64,000 nt of DNA, taken from the IMG/VR virus record IMGVR_UViG_3300021493_000001; one strand, 5' to 3'. The notes below the pieces were generated by a model, which searched no databases, was not told the DNA's origin, and worked only from the letters and a program-made list of their open reading frames with translations. A program made the translations under genes and the position numbers. Positions 17,047 through 24,548 of this stretch are shown piece after piece. Position 1 is the stretch's first letter. Every line of letters begins with the position of its first letter. This DNA comes from a virus.

Positions 17047-18357
17047 TTGCCATATTTTATCAAAAAACCAAGTCCCAAGCCTGCAAGATTTTTTGAAGCC
17101 ACCAAGCTTTCTTTGCCAGGCGGTGAAGAAACAAAAGAAGAAGATTGGGCTGGGTGGAGAAAAATCTCTGGTGTAGGATTGTTAAGAGAGTTACGCACCG
17201 ATGTATTTGTTAAGATGAGTCGTTTAGCCAAATGGCTTTATGACTCAAACCCCTTAGCCAAAAGGATAATTGAATACATCAAGAACTTTGTGGTAGGAGA
17301 AGGTATTTATTTTGAGACAACCGATAAACGAGTTCAAGAAGTATTAAATGCGTTCTGGTTTGATGATGTAAATAATTGGCCTCTTAAACAGCATGATAGA
17401 ATTTTAGAGTTATGTCTTTATGGTGAGTGTATTTGGCCTGTTACAGTAAACCCTGCTAATGGTCATGTAAGATTAGGATATATTGACCCTTTGGAAGTTA
17501 AAAAGGTTGTGCCTCATGAAGAAAATTGTTTGATTTTGGATAAGATTATTTTGTATGCTCCTCTCAATAAGAAAAACGGTAAAAAAAGAGAACTCAAGAT
17601 AATTCGCAGAGATGAAAATCCAAATAGCGATACTTATGGATACCTAACAGGTGAAACCTTTTTCTTTGCCATTAACAAAGTTTCAAATGCGACAAGAGGT
17701 GCAAGTGATTTGCTACCCTTGATAGATTGGATTGATTCTTATGACCAGTTTTTATTTACAAGACTTGAAAGGCAAATGAATATTAATAATTTCTGCTGGG
17801 ATGTAACTTTAGAGGGTGCAGATGAACATGAAATAAAACAATTCCTTGATAATTTACCACCTCCTTCGCCTGGGACAATCAGAGCACATAACGAGAAAGT
17901 TAAATGGGATGTAGTTGCTCCTAAGCTTGAAGCAAGAGATGCAAATCAAGAAAGCCGTTTGATAAGAAATCATATTCTAAGTGGTGCAGGTTTCCCACCT
18001 TATTATTTTGCAGATACAGAAGGAGTAAGGGCGGTTGCTTATGAGCAGGCTTTTCCTACCGAAAAGATGCTTATTACCAGACAGAAATATTTTAAAGCAA
18101 TGATTGAATATGTATTCAATTTTGTAATAGACCAAGCAATTCTTCATAAAAGATTACCAAGGAATGTTAATCGTAAGTTTGAAATAATTTTTCCTGAAAT
18201 ATCATTAAGAGATATAGAACGGTTGAGTAGAGCATTTAAGAATATCACCTTATCAATAGAGCATTTGAAACAAAATAATTTAATTTCAGATGAAGAAGCT
18301 AAAAAGATTATAAGGAATTTATTGAGCCAGATGGGTGTCAATATTGACAATGAGTGA
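17047..18357 (+). CDS. Portal protein
   Basis: 436 aa after terL; SNPLAKRII...VVGEG, LCLYGE, RGASDL, GAGFPPYYF patterns. Confidence 0.85.
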   Translation: MPYFIKKPSPKPARFFEATKLSLPGGEETKEEDWAGWRKISGVGLLRELRTDVFVKMSRLAKWLYDSNPLAKRIIEYIKNFVVGEGIYFETTDKRVQEVLNAFWFDDVNNWPLKQHDRILELCLYGECIWPVTVNPANGHVRLGYIDPLEVKKVVPHEENCLILDKIILYAPLNKKNGKKRELKIIRRDENPNSDTYGYLTGETFFFAINKVSNATRGASDLLPLIDWIDSYDQFLFTRLERQMNINNFCWDVTLEGADEHEIKQFLDNLPPPSPGTIRAHNEKVKWDVVAPKLEARDANQESRLIRNHILSGAGFPPYYFADTEGVRAVAYEQAFPTEKMLITRQKYFKAMIEYVFNFVIDQAILHKRLPRNVNRKFEIIFPEISLRDIERLSRAFKNITLSIEHLKQNNLISDEEAKKIIRNLLSQMGVNIDNE

Positions 18358-19195
18358 TATGAAAAAGAAATGTAATTATATATTGAGTAAGACTGATAAA
18401 GCAAATATTGTAAAGGAATATTTAAAAGGCTTGAGTTCAACCAAGTTGAGTTTGAAATATAATGTAACTCCATCAGCAATTTTGAGCATTCTCAAAAATA
18501 GAAAGATTAAGAGACGAAATAGGTCGGATGCTGCTCGAAAATTAAGTCTTGATATTAATGCATTTCAGAATTCAAATAATGAAGAAGTTGCTTATTGGGC
18601 TGGATTTCTTTTAGCAGATGGTTCAGTAATTAAGATTGATAATAGTTATCAAATTTCCTTAGTCTTACATCAACGAGATAGAAACCATATTGTAAAATTC
18701 AAAAGATTTTTAAAGTCAGAGCATAAGATTTCGAAAAATCGAGTCTTTTCTGTTTTAAATGTAAGGTCGAGAAAATTAGGATTAGACTTGATTAACTTGG
18801 GAGTTATTCCAAATAAGACTTATAAAGATAGCAAAATTCATAAACAGTTATTAAATAATCGGCATTTTTGGAGAGGAGTGGTAGATGGGGATGGCAGTCT
18901 TTGTTTTTGTAATAAATATCCTGTTTTAAATTTAATGGGAAGAGAGAATTTGCTTCGAGAATTTTTGATGTTTATTCAATATTTCTTTCCAATGATTAAT
19001 ACTAAAATTATACCGATTAAGAATGAAGTTTGCAGAATCTTTTTCCGAGCTAATACAGCAAAAAGGGTTACCTATCTTCTATATCATGAAGCAAATGTAT
19101 TTCTCGATAGAAAAATGGATATGGCATTGAAAATCTTAAATTGGGTAAGTAAGAAAAATCAAAATATGTTACTGAGCCAAATGGCGATGAGATAG
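18335..19195 (+). mobile_element. Free-standing LAGLIDADG homing endonuclease with N-terminal HTH
   Basis: AYWAGFLLADGS and HFWRGVVDGDGS; true start may be 18350. Confidence 0.9.
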
Positions 19196-19216
19196 AAAGG
19201 CGAGGGGCTTAAGCCA

Positions 19217-22200
19217 GTGCGTATAACTGAACTTCATTTAGAGCAATTTAAAAAAGAAGGGGTTGATTACGATATTAAACATGCCAAGACCAGATGGAGA
19301 GAATTGCTGGCGGACATTAGGTATCTTTTCAATAATGCTTTACCAAGGATTTGGAAAGGCGAGAAATGGGGTGATTGGCAGGAAGAAGATTGTTTAAGAT
19401 ATGGAGGTAAGATTATAGATGCCCTTCGTTCTGTTTATTTTCCTTTGATACCACCCTCTAAAGATGACCCAAGATATAATACAAGCTACTGGAAGGCTTA
19501 TCGTAAGGCTGAAAAGAAAGGTTATATCAAATCTAAACCACCTAAACTAGAAGAAGTATCTGAATGGGATAAGAAACGCAAAGAGATAATCAAAACCTCT
19601 TTAGAAGAAGCAGAAAGAAAAATAGATGGTCTTTATTTAACTTATCCACATGGAGAGTTATTTTGGACTAAAGAAAAAACTTTGTTAGTGAAGACTAGAA
19701 AGTTTGATTTATCCAAGCCTCACTATCTAATTGATGATGGCTTTTGCTATGGGATTATCTCGTTCAAAGAACCTAAAAGAATTACTAAAAAGCAGTTCTT
19801 TACAGAGGATTTAAAGAAAAAGCATCGCATCCTAGATACAGAAGCTTGGCAGTGGTGGAGAATGTCAAGAGACAATGCAGTTGAGCCTGAACTTTGGGCT
19901 TATGAGGTTAAAAAATTTGAACCGTTTGAAATACCTGAAAGAGTGAAAATACCAAAGGGAACACAGGTTATAGTTGATGCAGATAACATTGAATTTGTAG
20001 GAAAGGATGAAGAACAACCTGCAAGGATTGATTGGCCTATAATGGCTACCAAGGAAGCAAAGACTGATTACATTAAATTCTATGGCACTAAAGGATATAT
20101 AGAAGAAGAAAACAATGAACATAAATATCATACCTGTATTTTGTTATCCTTAAATGACACAAATATCTTATTGGATTATGGTGAGAGGCATCCTGAAGAA
20201 ATAAAGGAAAGAATAGATGTGATATTGAACTCGCATCGGCACATTGACCACATCTGTCCTGAAATATCAAGCTTTGCTTGTCCTTTATATATATCAAAAG
20301 AAACTTTGAATAGAGTGGATTTTTCTTTACCCGAAGATATAAGAATTTATGAAGCTAGAAAAGCATTTAGTATTGGTAATATAAAAATTATTACTTATCC
20401 AGTTTATCACTCCATCCGTGCTCCTATGCACATTTTCAAGATTGAGACAGATAACCTTGCAATTGGAGTAATGACTGATTTTTTAGCCTTTGAAGAAGTA
20501 GAAGATGAAGAGTTTTTCTATCCAAATCTAGACATAGTCATAATAGACGGTAGTAGCATTACGAAAGATTTAAGAAGATGGAAGGAAGACCATAACTTAA
20601 TATTTGGTCATAAAAGCGTAATTCACCAAATTGAAAGAATTAGAGATAGATGTGAAAAAAATCCAATAATAATCCTCACTCATATTGGGCGTGAAGGCAT
20701 AGAGTGGGGAGACTTACAAATATTACAATATTTACATGAAAGATTTGCTGGAATGCACATATATATTGCCAAAGATGGCAGTGTATTTGACTTAAAAACA
20801 AGGCGATTTACTGAGGCATTCAAAGGCGAGCAAATATGCAAAGATATTGTTGCAAATCTTCCTTCTTTTACATGGATACCTGAATTTACAAGCATTACAG
20901 GCTCTACCTTATTTACAAAAGACCATGCACCAAGAGACTTGGATGTAATGTGCAAAGCAGAGGAGATAAATGGAAAGTGGTATATTCCTATAGATACTTC
21001 TCTTTTGCTTAAATTGCAAAGAGCCTATCAATATGCAACAAAGAAAGTCTTAGGCAAGGCAATCAAGCCTGAGTTCCCACCTCCAGCATTGATTGGAGCT
21101 AATTGGAGTTCTATACCTGCTTATGATTTAAAGCTTGTGCCTAGAAAAAATCCAGAAGTAAGAAGGACAGGAGAAGAGGAGTTTGAAGAAAAGGTTTATG
21201 GAGTAGATTTTAAGGAAAAGTTAAGGTTACGCACCAAATCCAAAGATATTGAAAAAATGGCTCAGCAATCCTTAGAAGAGGATAAAGTCAAACCACTTCG
21301 TTTCTTTATGCCTCTTAAACCAATACGAGTTCAAGGAAAGCATGGAGAAAGGAATACACCAGAAAGGCTTGTAGAGTTATTTGAGCCACAGCATTACCCA
21401 GTTTATAACTCGGTAAAGAGAGATGGATTCAGGGTGCAAATTCATGCAGACGGGGATAAAGTTGTAATTTATTCAGAAGATGGCAATGATATAACAAAGC
21501 AATTACCTACAATTGTTGATGCAGTTAAAAGACTTAAAGCAAAATCAGTTGTTTTAGATGCTGAAGTTGAGTTATGGGAGAATGGATATCATCATCCACG
21601 AGAAGCAGCCATTGCTAAAATTCATTCTAAAGCAATAGATGATAAGGATTTGATTGCTAATTTATTTGATTGTATATATCTAAATGGCGAAGATTTGCAT
21701 AAAGAGCCATTTGAAAAGAGATGGAAAGCATCAAATTCTCTTGGCATCAAATATTCAAAAGAAACTAATTTAAACCCAGAAGAAAAACTTAATATTATTC
21801 CCCATATCTTATGCAAAACTCCAAAAGAATTGCTTAGAGAAACAGAACGCATGAGAAAGGTTAAATCAAGTGAAGGCTGTGTAGCTATTGCCCATAATGC
21901 AACCTATCCATTAGATGGCAAACCAGATGACAATTCATTTTGTAAGTTTCACAATAATGTAGTTATAAGGGGAATAGTAATTGAACCTGTGCAGACTAAA
22001 GTAAGCACGGTATATAATTTATCCTTTGGCTGTTTAGCAGGTAAGCATGAAATATTAAAGAAAGACCAGACAGAAGTAGGTCCTTATGAAAAAGTTTTAA
22101 CCATAGGAAGCACTTTTGCTGCACCTTATGTAAAACGAGGTAGTGTAATTGAGGTTGAATGTGAAACAATTAACCATATCATCCATGAAGACATTGAAGG

Positions 22201-24247
22201 CAATCCAGTAGAAATTACAGCTTGGGCACCTAGATTTATGCGGGTAGTGCCAGGGGCTAAACCAGATAGCATAGATGACATTCTTAGAAAAGCTAGAAAA
22301 GAAAATCATGTTTTGCAAGAGAAAATAATCAAATCAGACGGCACAGTAATATATAAGGAAGCAAGAAAAGAGCTTTATTGCTTTCTTACAGAAGAACCCA
22401 CATTAACAAGCAAGATTAGTGATAGATTTGGTGCAGCTAAGTATGCTATATTCTTTGAACCTGCTACTTATCATTTTGAAGCAATAGATTTGTCTAATTT
22501 TGTAACAGGAATTGAAATTACAGATTTAATAAAAGAACGCAGAGCTACAGAAGTTGTTACAAACCAGATAGGAAGATTTAGCAGAGAGGCGTTAGACAAG
22601 GCTGGAATTAAGATTGTTTTTGCCCAAGGAAAGGTTGAGGATTATTTAAATAAAAAACTAGGTGAAAGCCCGCTTTTAAAAGAAGCTATATTAAGAGAGC
22701 AAGACCCGTATATGCAATATTTTGACGAAGATAAAGAGCATAAATTTTGTGCCCAACATCATTACAGGTGTGCTTTGAAAGAAGTTTTAAAAGAAATAGG
22801 AAGAGAAGATTTATGGCCTAGAGAAGAACCGAGTCCAGAGGAATGGGCTAAATTATGGCCTAAGTGGTGGCCTGAAGTAAGAAAGGTATTGGAAGATTAT
22901 TATGATACCCATCCCAATTTTGAACATTCACCTAGTGTCCATTGTGATTTACGCATGGAAACAGATACTAAAGGCGTGTTAATTGGTTTTACTCTTAATG
23001 ACCAAATTAAAGACCGTCCACAATTTTTTCCTTTGAGATTGAGAAAATCTGAAGGTAAATATAGTGCAGAAGAATATGATGATGACCCTGAGAATTGGAA
23101 GATAAATTATAATACTGGTGAGTTTGCTAAAAGAGTTAAAAAGGGAGGAGCTAAAGCACCTGTTTCTTTGATAAGTGAAAGAAAGGCACAAGAACCAAGT
23201 AGTTGGTTAACTTACGAGGGCTTTCAATCTCCGAGAAATGTGGCTGCTACTAGATATGGCTATGCTTTATTGCATTTGATAAGGAAATTGGGCATTGTTG
23301 AGACGGGCATGCAGCTCAATTATTTCCATGAATATTTCTTACATTTCCCCAGAGATGGTAATAAGCCTCCATTTTATTGGAGATTGATGTTTAGGTATTT
23401 AAAGCGTCCTTTTAAGGAAGCAATTGAAAAGCAAGATTATGAAACATTATCAGAGTGTGTATATCTTGAAGATGGTGAGGATTTAGAAGAAGGAATTTAT
23501 TTAGAAGCAGAAAGAATTATACCTGTTTCAGAAGAGGGGTGGGGGCGAAATCAAGCAGGCTGGTTATGTATATATGGAGTTGATAAAACTCCTTACATTA
23601 TTTCAGACCGTGCAGTTAAGTTAAAACGCATGTGCCCTTATCCTTACAGTGCTTTACCTAGATATATCAAAAAACAAATACCGCCTGAGTTTCATTACTG
23701 GAAAGAAAAAGACATGAAAAAACGCATTGAAATAAGGGATGCTTTGGTCAAAGCTATCAAGGAAAAGAAAGTTATTTTGAAAGAAAGCATTGCAAGAGAT
23801 TATATCCTCCAATTGCATTACAGCGAGCCAGCCGAATTAATTAAAAGGAAGTCCCCAGCTCACAAACATTGGGATTTGAGAATTGATGGAGACCTAAAAA
23901 AGAAAACAGGCCATATATTTCATGCAGTTTTAGAATTAAACCCACTTGAAGTTGACTCTACCTCTGCATATTTAAAGAAGTGCAAAGGAGATGAAGGTGG
24001 AGTAAATTGGATGGAAGTTGGCAAAGATAAGACAGTTAAGTTTACTAAAGGATATGGAACATTTGAGAAAAACGAACCTGGGTATGTTAAAGCATTGGAC
24101 TGGGGTAGAGTATTAGTTTTAGAAGACTCACCCTTATTTAAAAAGTTTCAATTTAAAGGCAAACAATTAAAAGGAATTTGGATAATGCATAGAAGTAGTC
24201 CTGAAACTGATATTTGGACTTTTGAGAGGTCAAAGGACATTGGTTAA
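19217..24247 (+). CDS. 1676-aa multi-enzyme: ASCH-like + MBL hydrolase + nucleotidyltransferase + ATP-dependent DNA ligase + NifX-like + two LigD-phosphoesterase-like domains
   Basis: GLYLTYPH...YGII (aa ~136-255); SHRHIDH (339-345); TGS...DLD (561-576); KRDG (734) with DAE, FDC, EG and PRF; DRFG...QIG...GI (1069-1131); QHH...HCDLR and QLH...HWDLR. Confidence 0.85.
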   Translation: MRITELHLEQFKKEGVDYDIKHAKTRWRELLADIRYLFNNALPRIWKGEKWGDWQEEDCLRYGGKIIDALRSVYFPLIPPSKDDPRYNTSYWKAYRKAEKKGYIKSKPPKLEEVSEWDKKRKEIIKTSLEEAERKIDGLYLTYPHGELFWTKEKTLLVKTRKFDLSKPHYLIDDGFCYGIISFKEPKRITKKQFFTEDLKKKHRILDTEAWQWWRMSRDNAVEPELWAYEVKKFEPFEIPERVKIPKGTQVIVDADNIEFVGKDEEQPARIDWPIMATKEAKTDYIKFYGTKGYIEEENNEHKYHTCILLSLNDTNILLDYGERHPEEIKERIDVILNSHRHIDHICPEISSFACPLYISKETLNRVDFSLPEDIRIYEARKAFSIGNIKIITYPVYHSIRAPMHIFKIETDNLAIGVMTDFLAFEEVEDEEFFYPNLDIVIIDGSSITKDLRRWKEDHNLIFGHKSVIHQIERIRDRCEKNPIIILTHIGREGIEWGDLQILQYLHERFAGMHIYIAKDGSVFDLKTRRFTEAFKGEQICKDIVANLPSFTWIPEFTSITGSTLFTKDHAPRDLDVMCKAEEINGKWYIPIDTSLLLKLQRAYQYATKKVLGKAIKPEFPPPALIGANWSSIPAYDLKLVPRKNPEVRRTGEEEFEEKVYGVDFKEKLRLRTKSKDIEKMAQQSLEEDKVKPLRFFMPLKPIRVQGKHGERNTPERLVELFEPQHYPVYNSVKRDGFRVQIHADGDKVVIYSEDGNDITKQLPTIVDAVKRLKAKSVVLDAEVELWENGYHHPREAAIAKIHSKAIDDKDLIANLFDCIYLNGEDLHKEPFEKRWKASNSLGIKYSKETNLNPEEKLNIIPHILCKTPKELLRETERMRKVKSSEGCVAIAHNATYPLDGKPDDNSFCKFHNNVVIRGIVIEPVQTKVSTVYNLSFGCLAGKHEILKKDQTEVGPYEKVLTIGSTFAAPYVKRGSVIEVECETINHIIHEDIEGNPVEITAWAPRFMRVVPGAKPDSIDDILRKARKENHVLQEKIIKSDGTVIYKEARKELYCFLTEEPTLTSKISDRFGAAKYAIFFEPATYHFEAIDLSNFVTGIEITDLIKERRATEVVTNQIGRFSREALDKAGIKIVFAQGKVEDYLNKKLGESPLLKEAILREQDPYMQYFDEDKEHKFCAQHHYRCALKEVLKEIGREDLWPREEPSPEEWAKLWPKWWPEVRKVLEDYYDTHPNFEHSPSVHCDLRMETDTKGVLIGFTLNDQIKDRPQFFPLRLRKSEGKYSAEEYDDDPENWKINYNTGEFAKRVKKGGAKAPVSLISERKAQEPSSWLTYEGFQSPRNVAATRYGYALLHLIRKLGIVETGMQLNYFHEYFLHFPRDGNKPPFYWRLMFRYLKRPFKEAIEKQDYETLSECVYLEDGEDLEEGIYLEAERIIPVSEEGWGRNQAGWLCIYGVDKTPYIISDRAVKLKRMCPYPYSALPRYIKKQIPPEFHYWKEKDMKKRIEIRDALVKAIKEKKVILKESIARDYILQLHYSEPAELIKRKSPAHKHWDLRIDGDLKKKTGHIFHAVLELNPLEVDSTSAYLKKCKGDEGGVNWMEVGKDKTVKFTKGYGTFEKNEPGYVKALDWGRVLVLEDSPLFKKFQFKGKQLKGIWIMHRSSPETDIWTFERSKDIG

Positions 24248-24449
24248 GTTTAATTTTAAAAGATTTAAATGTCCAAAGGATAAGCACTTCTTATTTGCTG
24301 AAGACATTAAGGATGGTGTGATAGAGGTATATTGTAAATACTGTAAAACTACATACCGCATGGCTTTTAAAGAAGGTAAACTTATAAGTTTGAGTGAAAT
24401 TCAGCAAAAGAAAGTTGAGTGTCTTGACAAAATTAGAAATAAGGTTTAA
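24222..24449 (+). CDS. Com-like zinc-ribbon regulator
   Basis: FKCPKDKHFLF...IEVYCKYCKT resembles the Mu Com pattern; first CxxC is CxxD. Confidence 0.65.
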   Translation: MRGQRTLVKFNFKRFKCPKDKHFLFAEDIKDGVIEVYCKYCKTTYRMAFKEGKLISLSEIQQKKVECLDKIRNKV

Positions 24450-24452
24450 CAT
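24424..24452 (+). promoter_or_regulatory. Sigma70 promoter for the capsid gene
   Basis: TTGACA-17 bp-TAACAT. Confidence 0.7.
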
Positions 24453-24469
24453 AAAAGAAAACTAGAAAA

Positions 24470-24548
24470 CTGCCTCTCAATACGAGAGCAGAGAATCACT
24501 TGGGATTAAAGGCTCAGTAAGCAGGAGAGAGGCAAGCTTGCTGGGCTT
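24470..24548 (+). promoter_or_regulatory. Structured 5' leader of the capsid gene
   Basis: 11-13-bp stem 24510-24522/24536-24548; 24471-24478 complementary to loop 24527-24534 and partly to 24484-24491. Confidence 0.55.

Noticed and set aside
18335-19216. Group I intron around the homing endonuclease
   Set aside because: The ORF fills the whole interval, leaving no room for a catalytic core, and no splice restores a sensible portal frame
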